64,000 nt of DNA, from contig OZ231126.1 in assembly GCA_965153355.1 (NCBI GenBank), forward strand, positions 16,926,001-16,990,000, in the 5' to 3' direction. The position numbers and the translations under genes are program-made. Under the pieces are notes generated by a model that saw nothing but the letters and a program-made list of their open reading frames with translations, was not told where the DNA came from and ran no database searches. Shown here piece by piece: positions 14,967 to 28,336 of this stretch. This stretch comes from Flaccisagitta enflata (taxonomy: Eukaryota). The first letter of the stretch is position 1. Each line of letters opens with the position of its first letter.

Positions 14967-16093
14967 AGGGGGAGTGTGGCAAGGGTGTGCGCCCCTGCCG
15001 ACTCGTCCGGAACAATATTGTAACCCCGGCTTTCTTGTTTCCTTTTCTTTTCCCTGCGTGTGATTTATCTTCCGCATAATATCGAAATGTCTTCACTGTT
15101 TGTCCTTCCCGTTTTTTCTCTTTTTCTACTACCTTACTGAAAAAAAAACACGTCATCTTTAATAATTGCTGCTTCTTGACAAATAGAGCTATTGACCCCA
15201 GATTTGTCGCAGTTTTAACTAATCTTTAAATTGGAACCAATCCACTAAAGGCCATGGACTGCGCTAGATGGCTCATTGGGTCAAAATCCTTCATCTCTGC
15301 AATATGGCTAAAACTAAGTAGAATGGTCATAGTGGCATTTTAGCATACATCACCAGTCCATTTGACAGGTTTTATGGCGATTTAGAGTGAAAAAGAGTGA
15401 TCTTAATGGACATTACAATGGAAAATGCTGAGTTTCAAGAAAAATCAATGATTTTTTTGGATTTTCTGTTGAGGATACAAAAAGCTCATGATATCTTCAA
15501 TATTGGATTGGATTCCTTCATTTATGTTTACATGTCTAGAAAAATTAAAAAAAACATAATTTTTTACATTTTAGCGCTTATGAATTAGCCTACAATAACT
15601 ACATTTTTGACCTAATTTGCATGCTTTATTAACCAATGAATAAAAAAAATCGCACAAGGACGCACAATGAGCGACCTATGCCAAAATGTAGCTTAAGGGG
15701 TCCTGAATCCAGAATGCTATGGCTCAAGCCGTACAAAGACGTACAAATTGCGATTTTCTGGTCCTAAACTGGACAGGTAATAATGTAAAAAAAAGGAAAA
15801 AACAGTTTTTGGCCCAATTATCTTGTTTTAAATCAAACCGTTATGAATTGTGTTGCTCTTATTCTTCTCGGAACTTCCCTCATATTTCCCCAGTATCTTC
15901 TTCTTCTTCTTCTTCTTCTTCTTCTTCTTCTTCTTCTTCTTCTTCTTCTTCTTCTTCTTCTTCTTCTTTTTCATCTTCATCTTCATCTTCTTCTTCTTCT
16001 TCTTCTTCTTCTTCTTCTTCTTCTTCTTCTCCTTCTTCTTCTTCTTCTCAGTTGACTTTATAAAGAATGAATTCATTTCTGCAACCTTCACTC

Positions 16094-16125
<32 letters not shown>

Positions 16126-16270
16126 CTTCTTCTTCTTCTTCTTCTTCTTCTTCTTCTTCTTCTTCTTCTTCTTCTTCTTCTTCTTCTTCTTCTTCTTTTT
16201 CATCCTCTTCTTCTTTTTCTTCTTCTTGGTGTAATGATACCAATGACAATCTCTCCTCATTCTTTTTATG

Positions 16271-16340
<70 letters not shown>

Positions 16341-16485
16341 TCCTTCATTCCTTCATTCCTTCTTTCTTTCTCTCTTCTTTCTTTTTTCCGTTCTTCCTTT
16401 CTTCCATTCTTTTTTTCCTCATTCTTTTATCTGCTTTTTTTTCCCTCTTTCTTTCTTACTTTCTTTCTTTCTTTCTTTCCTTCTG

Positions 16486-16520
<35 letters not shown>

Positions 16521-17055
16521 CTCTTTCTTTCTCTCTCTTTCTTTCTTTTTTTCTTCCTTTCTTTCTTTCTTCCTTTATTTCTTTCTTTCTCTCTTTCTTT
16601 CTTTTTTTCTTTTTTTCTTCCTTTCTTTCTTTCTTCCTTTCTTGTTTCTTTCATACTTTCTTGCTTTTTTTCTCTACTCCGAAGTTTTCTATCATTTTTC
16701 CCTCCCTCTCCCAACATATTGTTTTGCGCTACCGCTTTTTAAAAATATGAACTTTTTATTTAGGGGGTGTACTCATACTGTATTGGCTGAGATATATTTA
16801 GCTGAGATATATTTAGCTGAGATGTACTTAGCTGAGATATACTTGGCTGTGTGATGTACTTAGTAGTATGGATTGTCTCTAGAAGCATCAGCAAACATCT
16901 GTAAGATGCCTCAGTTTACATGTAAAGCTGACCCTACCCACCTGCATCACTGCCCCTGCCCATCGCTAAGTGAAGAGTTTCCATCATCGGCTTTCATATT
17001 TTTTTAATGACATCAGATTATTACAGCTAGATGAAAGCACGTGATTCTCTCTCCT

Positions 17056-17298
<243 letters not shown>

Positions 17299-17407
17299 AT
17301 TCAGGTACATGCAGGTACACGCAGGTACACGCAGATTCGCACAAACAAGGAAACCTAGGTGCATGCACATTTCTTTTTCTCCCGCAACCAAACCGAAATG
17401 ATTCCTG

Positions 17408-17440
<33 letters not shown>

Positions 17441-17453
17441 GTCTCTCTCTGTC

Positions 17454-17654
<201 letters not shown>

Positions 17655-18007
17655 TTCTGCACTGTGGGCTTGATTCTAAATCATGATTAAGTACTGTGAA
17701 TCAAAAATTTTATAAAACATCAATATGTTAATCTCATACACTAATTCAAATTAAAAGTCTAAAGAAGTTGGAAGTATACAAATACTGAGGCTAAATCATT
17801 TTCATTTTATATTAAATGAAAATAAAGCGAGCAAAATGAGCTGAATGAGCGGAAAAATGAGTTTTCATAATTTGATAAGGGAGAAATTCCTTCTTTAAAG
17901 AAAAAGAATGTATGCATTAAATCAGCTAAAGACAATTTACTTTTTAAATTTAAGATGACTTAGCTGTGCTTTTTACTTCTTTTTCTTGCAATCTATTTGC
18001 ACTGTCC

Positions 18008-18625
18008 GCCAGAACACAGAATGAGTTGACTTGAAATGATCGTGTACAACTCTGATAGGTTTTGAGTCCTTGTGGTGTGTATAATACAAATCTGAAAAGA
18101 ACTAAATCATTTTTGGGGCGCTTTTTGAAATATATACAAAAATAATACAAATTTCGTACATTTTTCATCATAGCTCTTTGTGATGATTTATTCTAGTATT
18201 TTTGACCGCAGATTTTGACTCAGTGGGTGGCTTGCGGTTCGTTTGATATGTCACACTATATACTTTTAAAAAAGAAGTAAAAGCTTATTTTTTTATAAAA
18301 TCATTAAAAATAAATATATTTTATAGCAATATGATGAAAAAATTTACTTTTTATTTCTTTTTCAAAACTATATAGTGTGACATCTTAAATGATTCGCAAA
18401 GCACTCGCTGAATCCAAATCTGCAGTCAAAGACACCAGAAAACATCACCACAAAGAATTATGATAAAAAATGTACTAAATTTACACTGTTTTTGCATATA
18501 TTTCAAAAACCGCCCCAAAAGTGATTTAGTTTCCCTTAGATTTATATTGTACACACTGCTATGACCCAAAAACTATCAAAATGAGATACGATCATTCTAC
18601 CTCAACTCATTCCGTGTTTTGGCTG
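18008..18625. repeat. ~600-bp imperfect palindrome (foldback MITE-like)
   Basis: Arms pair around ~18320, e.g. gtcacactatata/tatatagtgtgac, ttttggggcg/cgccccaaaa, gaatgagttga/tcaactcattc. Confidence 0.65.
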
Positions 18626-19144
18626 GTAGTGTTTGCTTTGTATTCAAAGCTCTTAAGGCATTAAATCCAATAAAAGGGGTCGATATTGGGTATGAATAGC
18701 CTAAACACATATAAGAATATACAAACAAATGTTTTTCACTCCTTAAGTATCTTTAAGAATAATGACATTAAAAATATGTAATGATAATCCTCAATGAGCC
18801 ACCTGGAGCACGTTTCAGCCCACAGTGCAATCCGGTAATTGTAGCTTTACTCATATAAGAGTTGCACTCTTCCAAAGTTGATACTTCTATGCGTAGCCAT
18901 TATAAACCGTTGTCCAAACTTAATGTCACACAATGCCCAATCCTGGTGAGTGGATACGTAGTCTGGCTTTGGTTCTCTTTGTCCCACTAGTGTTCATTCA
19001 TTAATTCATTCATTTGTTAACTCATTCATTCATTCATTCATTCATTCATTTGAATGTACCTGTAAGGCATCCAGAGGATAGCGAATGTTATGACTACAAT
19101 AACCAGCATTTTTACCACCTGAAAACATGATGGAGAAGGTGAAG

Positions 19145-19269
<125 letters not shown>

Positions 19270-20559
19270 GGAAAGATTTTGGTGGTATTAGTTAAGCAGG
19301 TTAGACCAGTACAAAGCGGGCCTCATACAGTATTACTATCTAGAACATAAGTATATCGACAGTATGGGGATTGGTTAATTTAGCAGTATAGGAATCATAG
19401 AAAAACCGCCAAAACATGTCGGATACTTAATATTACGTCTTTGGGTTTCAATACATATTTGTATGTGGATTTTCTAAGCACTTAAACACAAATGCTTTTT
19501 ATAAATGCATGATAACTATCCTGCTTAAAATTTTATTCAAAAAATTCCTTAGCACATGCCATGTTCTCCCATTTGCTTCTGTTGCAATCCCAATGATTCA
19601 GAGAGGTTGAAATAAACCAAGATAATGTAGCAAAGGTGTTGGGCGCTGTAATTAGGACCAAAAATAGGGTGGAAAAAACCTCCAATCTATCTGAAAGGAG
19701 ACTTAATAACTTGTGAAGAAACTAGATGCATTTTTTTTAGCCATTTTCTTATTAAAGTATCAATCTTGTTTTGCCTGTCAATTCTAAAAGCCTTGAGCTA
19801 AAAGGATGCGGTTTGCGGCATTTGGTCAGAAATTCAAAATAGTTTCAGAATCTCACTGATTTTTATATAAATTCTTTATTCTTAACAGAGTTATTGCTTA
19901 AAATGCCTGTCGATATACATATGTTCTAGATAGTACTGTTTGAATGCAGAACGTCACACTTCAGTTTTTTTGATCTGATCATCCAAGGCTTTGAGAGAAT
20001 ATAATTTCCACACCAAGCAAATAGAAATAAAACTGACAGTTACCCATTTGTTACCATTTATCACATGTGACGGGAAGCTCTGTTGCTGAACTTAAATAAA
20101 GTTCAACTTGTAAGTTTGCGGTTTCAATTTGGGTAAGGGCGTCACGTTTTGCAGACAGATCATGTGCATAATCTGCATTTGCGTTTTTTAATGCTGAAGT
20201 TTTTTTATTGTTTTTTAAAGTTTCATAGGAAAAACCTTGATTTTTTTTCATGTTTGGGTTTTCCCATCATTTATATATATATATATACATCTATGTGTTA
20301 AACAATGACAGATTTGGACCTGACATTCCAAAATGCTGGATATGATCTATTGGCCCATTTTTTGCCTTTTCTACCGCCTATCATTGTTTTCTTTCACAAT
20401 TTTTGTTCATCTTTTTTGCATCAGATCAGGAAAAATTAAAATCATTCCATTTGTGTGTCCTTGTTTATGATCGTGTCCGTGTTTGTGTTCATATTTCTTT
20501 TTTTTTAATGTTTTTCATATGTCGATCACATTCTGAATTGCAAGCAGTTTTTTCTTTAT

Positions 20560-20765
20560 AGCTCCTGCCCAACCGTCCGTGACGAGATAGCCGTGTATCC
20601 AGCCTTGTTAGTGGCGGACACGCGACTCTACACCTTGCCGTGTCGATCGTAAGGTCGGTAGGTCGGTCGGTATGTCCGACACATTTTTGTATTCCTTGCG
20701 GTTTTTGCATTATTGCTCCTGCCCAACCGTCCGCGACTGGATTGCTGTGTATCCGGCCTTGTTTT
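20560..20765. mobile_element. HINE/DINE-1-like short dispersed repeat (representative copy)
   Basis: Shared ends (t)agtcgcggacacgcgactct (hairpin) and gtgtatccggccttgt, internal (GGTC/GTCC)n, set in T tracts. Other copies at ~4330-4405, 6900-6965, 12005-12125, 12840 and in viral introns at 32815-32962, 35390-35585, 35938-36085, 55085-55205, 60128-60256, 60950-60982. Confidence 0.6.
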
Positions 20766-21264
20766 TTTTCTCTATAAATCACACATGAGCAAGTGACAGG
20801 TTTGACTAGGAGTATGGAAATAAAAAGATTAAAAGAAAATATGATCGCCTGCATGAGCAATTGACAATTTTTCTCTCTCATTTGGGTGATTTTATCGAAT
20901 TTCGATATAAATTTTAGAAAAACAGCTTAACTTTTTTCCAAGGAAGTACCTACTAGCTAGTGGTCGTATAGACAGGAAGGGGCGTGGAAAAGGGGAAGGT
21001 GTTTTGGATGGAGATGTGGAGGATGCAGTCGGATTTTGGAAGGATTGAGGGGGGCGGGGGATAGTAGTTACATATATAGGGTTTAACTATGTTTTTTTTG
21101 GATGGGTTTCTGATCCTTGTAACAAGCTAGATTAGATAAAGGAAAGGCGCTAGTGATACATTATTTTTACATATATTTGTAACAAGCTATACTGCGCTTT
21201 GACACTAAGTTCATCTGTTTCTGTTTGGGTAGAGCTAGAAGAAAATTGTTTTAGTCTGACTTGA

Positions 21265-21537
21265 TCAGGAGTTGCATCTCCTATCATTGTTGTTTTTCTT
21301 GTTGTGATGATTGTAGTTGTTGTTGCAATTCTTCCATTCGATGAAGTCACACTCAGACCACTGATGGCAAAACCTTGCTTTTATTTCTTCTTTTATTTCT
21401 AATAAGGTGTAGTCCAAAAAATTGATGCGTTGACACACTTCCAAATTGGTTGAATGCAATTCTTTAGGAGCATCCTTATCCAAAAGTCGTAATATATAGG
21501 CTCCTTGACACAAAGCCATGGTTTCAATCACAGTCAC
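21265..21537 (-). CDS. Hypothetical protein (90 aa), left accessory cassette
   Basis: Non-repetitive ORF overlapping the end of the upstream ORF in a co-oriented cluster. Confidence 0.45.
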   Translation of the reverse strand: MTVIETMALCQGAYILRLLDKDAPKELHSTNLEVCQRINFLDYTLLEIKEEIKARFCHQWSECDFIEWKNCNNNYNHHNKKNNNDRRCNS

Positions 21538-21865
21538 ATGGGTTTTTCCTTTGTTTTCTTTCCTCTAATTTCTGTCGATTAAGAAGTTCCTTGTGATAAA
21601 GCTGACATAACTCCAGGGTCAGATTGGCGACACTCTCTATAACCGCATTGACTTCTTTTCTCACTTTGCCCAAATGCCGGTCACTACGATCACATTGAGC
21701 AGCCGTTTCCAAATCTCTTGTCGCTTCCTTATTGTATCGATTCGCTTCTGATTTTATTTGGTTTAAATGACCAAATATATCATGCGCATTTTCCAAAATG
21801 TAATTTGGGATGTGAATTTGTTCTCGCTTTAGTCGAGCAAATAGCCTCTCAGAATGATGAGCCAT
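21524..21865 (-). CDS. Hypothetical helical/coiled-coil protein (113 aa)
   Basis: ATG-initiated ORF with normal composition in a tightly packed cluster. Confidence 0.55.
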   Translation of the reverse strand: MAHHSERLFARLKREQIHIPNYILENAHDIFGHLNQIKSEANRYNKEATRDLETAAQCDRSDRHLGKVRKEVNAVIESVANLTLELCQLYHKELLNRQKLEERKQRKNPCDCD

Positions 21866-21962
21866 TTTTACAAATTCTCTCCTTCAAAAAGATCGAATCC
21901 TAACATACATATATATTTTTTTTATTGAAGTGATTAAAGTGCGTTACGAGATTGAGTATAGT

Positions 21963-22391
21963 TTAGAACATGTTACAATCAAATAGGAAAAAAACAGAAT
22001 GAACATTGCATTTACAATCTCTAGGATCAATTTCTTGATTTGCAAGATGTAGATATTTCGCCGCATTAGCTCTAAGGTTGTCCACTTCTGATTTCTTCAG
22101 CTTTAGAATGCTTCCAAAAGTAGAGTTAAGTCGTATTTCTCCTGGATTCATGTCAGGGCTGATGTGTACATCGTAGTAGTTTGTTTTATCATGACGATCT
22201 ATAAATCGGTAACCTGAGGTTGGATCGATGGCGCCAACCAGTTTCATGAATTCACAGAAGGCAGCAACAGTGTCGAATTCATGTTGCATGTCAAGTATTG
22301 TTCCAGCAACAATATTTAGTTTTATTTGTTTGTTTGGGTAGAATGTTAGAATTGCTGTGCCAGACAGCCGATGGAGAATTTTACATGGCAT
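21963..22391 (-). CDS. Hypothetical protein (142 aa)
   Basis: ATG-initiated ORF with globular composition, directly downstream of the SPSB-like gene. Confidence 0.6.
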   Translation of the reverse strand: MPCKILHRLSGTAILTFYPNKQIKLNIVAGTILDMQHEFDTVAAFCEFMKLVGAIDPTSGYRFIDRHDKTNYYDVHISPDMNPGEIRLNSTFGSILKLKKSEVDNLRANAAKYLHLANQEIDPRDCKCNVHSVFFLFDCNMF

Positions 22392-22438
22392 TTTCTGTAG
22401 AAGTCAGTGAATGAATTATGTCGAAGACAGTGAATGAA

Positions 22439-23278
22439 TTATGTCGAGACTCCGATAGTGGGAGAACACACATAAAGCGTTAAAATAAAAGGTAGAGATT
22501 TAAATGGATGCTTTTCTCCTACAGTGAATGAATTATATGGCTCTTGGACTTCAATTTGATTCCTGATAATTTTACGACAAGAAAACAATAGTGAAGGTGG
22601 GATTCCTCCAAGATATTGGCAAGTTACTTCTGCACGTCCAAAAACTACATTAACAATTGGGAAAAGTCGTTTTCCATGGATATTTTTAAAAGCAACGCCT
22701 AAATATTCATTATCAACAATAAAAGCTAGCGTGCCTAAGTTCATATCTAAAATCATTTTAAAGGTTTCGGGAATAGTGATGTGCTTAAATCTGTTTTCGT
22801 TTTTGATAGGGTACGATTCGGCGCTGTTGTTAATTAGATGAGAGTGATAAAGTTTATTTTTACTGATGTCCCAGCCCCAACTGTCTTCAGAGGATCCGAC
22901 AACGGAGGCGTATCCATAGCTGCGAATGCGAGCGTTTATTTCTGCGACCCCTACTATTGCATGTGTTCCACGTTTCTGTGTGGCCCATTTAAATTCCCAA
23001 GCGTGAATTCCATTAGTATATCCTTGCTTCGTGCGAATGCAGTCAGTGCTACTCGTAATCGGCTGTCGATAAACTGTGTTGAAATCGTTTTTTTTAATCG
23101 ACATAAAGGGTGATTTGTCATTAGGGTTCCATGAATGCGCTTTCTGTATGTTTTTGTTGACTGGCGGAAGATTGAGTAGGTCTTCAACACGGGGAGGAGT
23201 TGGAGGAATGTCATGAGGGTATTCACGCTTGAATTCTTGAATTGTCAAATTATGCATTTTGAAAAGCTGGCTATACAT
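22439..23278 (-). CDS. SPRY-domain SOCS-box protein (SPSB/gustavus-like), intronless
   Basis: HSWNPNDKS, RQPITSSTDCIR, GIHAWE, RGTHAIVGV, SWGWDI, LDMNLGTLAF, YLGVAF, LFPIVNVVFG; BC-box-like PPSLLFSCRKIIR. Confidence 0.9.
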   Translation of the reverse strand: MYSQLFKMHNLTIQEFKREYPHDIPPTPPRVEDLLNLPPVNKNIQKAHSWNPNDKSPFMSIKKNDFNTVYRQPITSSTDCIRTKQGYTNGIHAWEFKWATQKRGTHAIVGVAEINARIRSYGYASVVGSSEDSWGWDISKNKLYHSHLINNSAESYPIKNENRFKHITIPETFKMILDMNLGTLAFIVDNEYLGVAFKNIHGKRLFPIVNVVFGRAEVTCQYLGGIPPSLLFSCRKIIRNQIEVQEPYNSFTVGEKHPFKSLPFILTLYVCSPTIGVST

Positions 23279-23317
23279 TACATTCTTGAATTGATAACAA
23301 AAAAAACAATTTGTAAG

Positions 23318-23905
23318 TTACATATGTACTTGAATTCCATTTCGAAAAGGGCAGCGACAGACTGGACATTTAGGTCCTACAATTGGTTGTAAATGAAGAT
23401 AACATTCATAACAGACGCAAAGATGAGAGCAGCCTATTAAAAGCATATTTGCTACGCGAGTTAAACACACTTTACATCGTATTTTGATATATAGCGGCTC
23501 ACATTGATCACGCAATACGTCAAAGTTTCTAGAATCTAGCGCGTGACTAAGAGGTGTTAAATCTTCAGATTTTGGTTCTCGGGGATTTATATCTCGTTCG
23601 TTTCTAACAAATTCGCACAGAGGAGAGTATCTTTCATGCTGGTCAAGGGGGTCCTGAACATAACACCGTCTCAATTCTACTCCGCATTTAAAACATTTGA
23701 CTAAGCCAACGTCTGAATTAAGCATATAAAATCCTGCTTTTGCCAAAAGAGCGGGTGCTTGAAAGCGATATCTAGGCCAATTTTTGAAAGAATGGATGCG
23801 GTCTTGTAGACAACTGTAATCTGGGTCCCATAGTGAAAACAATGGGAAATGTCGAAAGGGAGATGAGATAAAAGAATCTTGGAAGGGGGAGGAGTGTTCA
23901 TCCAT
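23318..23905 (-). CDS. iap: Inhibitor of apoptosis (single BIR + C-terminal RING), intronless
   Basis: BIR: RIHSFKNWP...LAKAGFY...VKCFKC...DPLDQHERYSPLCEFV; RING: CKVC...GCSHLCVCYEC...CPVCR. Confidence 0.93.
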   Translation of the reverse strand: MDEHSSPFQDSFISSPFRHFPLFSLWDPDYSCLQDRIHSFKNWPRYRFQAPALLAKAGFYMLNSDVGLVKCFKCGVELRRCYVQDPLDQHERYSPLCEFVRNERDINPREPKSEDLTPLSHALDSRNFDVLRDQCEPLYIKIRCKVCLTRVANMLLIGCSHLCVCYECYLHLQPIVGPKCPVCRCPFRNGIQVHM

Positions 23906-25868
23906 GATTTATATAATTAAGAGATTAAGGAGTTAAATACCGTACAAGGTAAAAGAATAAAAAATACCGTTCAAGGTAAAAAAATCATATCCTTTTGGAT
24001 AAACATTTATTTTTTTTTTATTTTTTTTTTAATTTATCGTCGCTGTCTTCGTCGATGGAAGAGGAAGAAGAAGAGGAACAGGAAGAGTTAATGACGGGAA
24101 GTCTTGGACCACGCCGCCACCCCTCTAACGAAGGGAGTGGAGCCGCTTTCGCCTCCGCTTTCGCCTCCGCTTTCGCCTCCGCTTTCGCCGCTGTTGTTGT
24201 CGTCGCTGGAGAGAGGGTCTCCGGTTCTGGCGGGGCCGCAAATGACGGCCTCCTCCTCATTCGAAGTGGAGGAGCGTGTGGAGGCGTATTTACGTCTGTC
24301 TGGAATAAGAGGCGATAGAGGGAAAAAAGGGTGAAGAAAAAAATCAGAAATGCGGGATGATGCAATGTTGTTCCAAAGACGCAGAATAACTGAAAACTAG
24401 CTAAAAGTATATGTTGCTATGTCTATAAAATAAAATAAGCAAACATTCCCGTTATGTGAAAAACCAAACAATTATGTATACCTTGTTCTCATTTAGGCTT
24501 TGAAGTTCATATCTCGGTTGAAAGATATGAGATGTTAATAGGGTTTGTGTTGGGTGCATGCGCGTGCAATGGAGAGTGTTGTGGCTGCATATGTGGTGTG
24601 ATTATGGGTTATGTGTGTGAAAGTGCTTGTAGAATTAAACGGTAGTGTTGTTTGTTGAGCCGTCTACATCTCCTCTCCTCTCCTCTCCTCTCCCACGACC
24701 CATACTTCTCCGATACGTCATCCCCCTCATCAACTGATTCTTACTCCTCTGTAACATCTTTCTTTTCCTCTCTTGCAATTCCCTTTCTCTCCTACACTCT
24801 CTCATCTCCAATTCGATATCCCTCAGACGCCAAAATACTCTCTGCACCTCCGACCTCTCTGTTTCTCTTTCCTCTTCTTCCTCTCTTTCATCCACTTCAT
24901 CTTCATCTTCATCTTCATCTCTTTCATCCTCCAACGTCTGGCGCGCCCTCTCCCTCTCCTCCTCCTCCTCCTCGTTATCTGACGACCCAAATATGTGTGG
25001 TGCGTGCGTGTTTTGAGTTTGTTGGGAAGATAGCTGTTATGACAGTAAAAAAGTTGCTAGAGGTTATTTCTCCTTTGAAAGTGAAGTGGGTGGTGGTAAC
25101 TGTCACAATGTCTTTAGTGATTTAACAAGAAACTTACTGTGTTCATAGAGACCGGCGTGACGGGCATGGCTTGGCGACGCCCCTCCCTTCTCTTCTTGAA
25201 GAAGATGACGCCGACGATGACGCCTCCGACCACCAGAACCGTCGTGAGGGTTCCAAAGACACTCAATCTGTAGTAAAGAAAAAGTATTTTGACTATTAGT
25301 AATAGTAGTAACCTCAGTAGTTTTAGCGGGATGCAGTTTGTGTTTTAGAGGATGCAGTCTGCCTTGTAGTAACCTCAGTAGTTTTAATGGGTGTAGTTAT
25401 ATCAAATTTGACTTACAAAATAATTTCTTGATTTGGATCGACCGTCTGATCGAATTTTTCATCCGTTTGCTCGCCGTTATCCGTTTGTTCGCCGTCAGCC
25501 GTTTGTTTGCCGTCCGCAGTTGTTGAATGAATGTTTGCTGATTGTCTGTTGTCCGTAGTAGATTGTATGTTTGCTGATTGTTTGCCGTCTGTAGACTGAT
25601 TGACGACCGTGGATTGTTTGTCGTCTGTAGATTGTCTGATGGACGTAGTTTGAATGTTTACTGTTTGTCTGTTGTCTGTAGATTGATTGACGACCGTAGT
25701 TTGTATGTCTGCTGTTTGTCTGTCGTCTGTGGATTGATTGACGACTGTAGATTTTATGTCTGCTGTTTGTTTGCCGTCTGTGGATTGTCTGGCGATCGTA
25801 GAAGATATTTCCGTTTGTCTGCTGTCTGTTTGTTTGCTGTCTGTGGATTGGCCGACAATTGTTTGTAC

Positions 25869-26086
25869 GAGAGAATGTCCGCCGAGAGAATGTCCGATAA
25901 GAGAATGACCGACGAGAGAATGTCCAAGAGAAGAATGTCCGACGAGAATGTCCGACGAGAGAATGTCCGAGAGAAGGTCCGACGAGAATGTCCGACGAGA
26001 ATGTCCGACGAGAATGTCCGAGAGAACGTCCGACGAGAGAATGTCCGAGAGACTGTCTGACGAGAGAATGTCCGAGAGAATGTCCG
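25869..26086. repeat. Minisatellite, ~13-bp unit GAGAATGTCCGAC
   Basis: Visible tandem array with variant units. Confidence 0.9.
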
Positions 26087-26238
26087 CTGTCTGTTTGACG
26101 TCCGCAGTTCGATTGATGGCCGTTGATTGATGTCCGTTGTGGCCGTTTTCTGTCTGTTTGTATCTGATGATATCGTCCGACGGCCGTTTGTTGATCTGAA
26201 ATTGATTGGAGTTAAGATAGAGTTAAGTTTGGATAAAG

Positions 26239-26580
26239 ACGAGATTGAGTCGAGATTGAGTCGAGATTGAGTCGAGATTGAGTCGAGATTGAGTCGAGAT
26301 TGAGTCGAGATTGAGTCGAGATTGAGATTGAGTCGAGATTGAGTCGAGATTGAGTCGAGATTGAGTCGAGATTGAGTCGAGATTGAGTCGAGATTGAATC
26401 GAGATTGAATCGAGATTGAATCGAGATTGAATCGAGATTGAATCGAGATTGAATCGAGATTGAATCGAGATTGAATTATGATTGAATCGAAATTGAATCG
26501 AGATTGAATCGAGATTGAGTTAAGATTGAGTCGAGATTGAGCGAGATTGAGTCGAGATTGAGTGAGATTGACGAGATTGA
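26239..26580. repeat. Minisatellite, 11-bp unit GAGATTGAGTC/GAGATTGAATC
   Basis: Visible tandem array. Confidence 0.92.
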
Positions 26581-28173
26581 GGGTGATTGAGTTGATTGAG
26601 AGTTGAGGTGATTGAGTTGAGTGAGTTGAGTTGAGTTGAGTTGAGGAGATGAGTTGAGATTGAGGGGTGATTGAGTTGAGGGTGATTGAGTTGAGGGTGA
26701 TTGAGTTGAGGGTGATTGAGTTGAGGGTGAGAGGAGGGGATTGAGGATGGGAAGGAGGAGGATGATGATTGAAGATGAAGATGAGATGAGAGAGGGAGAC
26801 GGAGAGGTGAGAGTAGAAGTAGAAGGAGAGGATGGAGAGTTGAGGGCGGCCGCCAAAGCTTGAGAAAGCCAAGCTTTCAAAAGTTTTATGGCGGCCGGAG
26901 TAAGAGCTTTAGGAGAAAGTTGAGAAGGAAGAGGAGGAAGTTGAGAGGGAAGGAAAGGAGCAAGAAGTGAAGGAAGGAGAGGTCGACGACGAGGAGTTGG
27001 TGGCGGGTTTAGGCGTGGGAGCGGTTTCGTGGGTTGGTGAGGCGGTGATGACGGCGGCGGTGTAGAAGATGGAAGGAGTGAAACGGAAGAGGAGAGAGAG
27101 GTTGACGGAGAGAGTGAGAGAGTTGATTGAGACGACAGAGAGGAAGACGTTGAGGCTGAAGAGGAGAGAGAAGTTGACGGAGAGAGTGAGAGAGGCGGTT
27201 GAAATGATAGAGAGGAAGATGATGAGGAAGCGGAGTGGTAGAGGGAAGAAGAAGAGGCTGTTGGAGGCGTTGTTGAAGGAGAAGGATGGAGTGAGGAAGA
27301 TGAGGAAGAGGAAGCCTCCTGCACCTCCAACCAGGAGCGCCACGCGTCATTAACACAAGCTGGAGGAGTGGAAAGAATGAAAAAAAATTGAATTAAAATA
27401 TTGTCAGAGAATAGGTACAGAGGATAAGTCTATGAAGCCCATCTATCTGCCATGTCTGAGGATAAGTCAAAAAAACATAAATTTCGAAGAATGTGTCAGA
27501 AGAAAAAAGTTATACTTTTAAAAAAGTGTATCAGGCAATGCTTCATGATGCTCTCCCATGTACCGCTGGTTTTGCTATTTATGCTATTGCTACAAGTTCT
27601 ATAAAGATGAGCAAAAGAGCAATTACGTTCATCCTCCAAACGGTTGCACAAGCGCAACGACTTCATTTCCGTGTATCTAAAATTAAAAAAAGTTGAAGAA
27701 TTGTAATGCCTTGACATAGCCTCGAACTCCAGATTTTTTGAAGCGCAAGCTGGGGAATGAAGTAGTACTATCCAGAGAAACTGCTTTTATTCTTTTTTCC
27801 ATGTTAAAATGCTGTCAAATCGCGAACATTGTTTATGTTATTCTATGAAGCACTTTTTCAGTTGGATTGATTCGTTGGTCTCTCGCTCTCATTCGCTCTC
27901 ACTCTCTCTCATTTACTCTCTCTCACTCACTCTCTCTCGCTCATTCTCTCTCTCGCTCATTCACTCTCGCTCGCATTGAGTGAACAGTGCTAGTGAACAG
28001 ATGGAATGAACAGCTGATTGAACAGTGACAGCTTTTCACTGTCCTATGTTTACACTTACTGGCAATTAATTACGACCTCCAGCTTACAAAAGCTGAGGAA
28101 GCGGGCGTGGTCGTAGCGGACCGTTGGTGGAGCGGAGACGCCGGTGAAGAGGAGGAGGAAGAGGAGGAGCGCC

Positions 28174-28336
28174 ATGACCGCCGAATGACTGCCGAATGAC
28201 CGCCGAATGACCGCCGAATGACCGTCGAATGACCGCTGAATGACCGCCGAATGACCGCCGAATGACCGCCGAATGACCGCCGAATGACCGCCGAATGACC
28301 GCCGAATGACCGCCGAATGACCGCCGAATGACCGCG
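28174..28336. repeat. Minisatellite, 11-bp unit GAATGACCGCC
   Basis: Visible tandem array. Confidence 0.92.

Noticed and set aside
25754-26872. 372-aa ORF with SISTQSRLNLD repeats
   Set aside because: Product of a stop-free 11-bp minisatellite; no independent coding evidence
25869-28336. Short regular repeats as a CRISPR array
   Set aside because: Head-to-tail tandem units with no unique spacers; eukaryotic context and no cas genes
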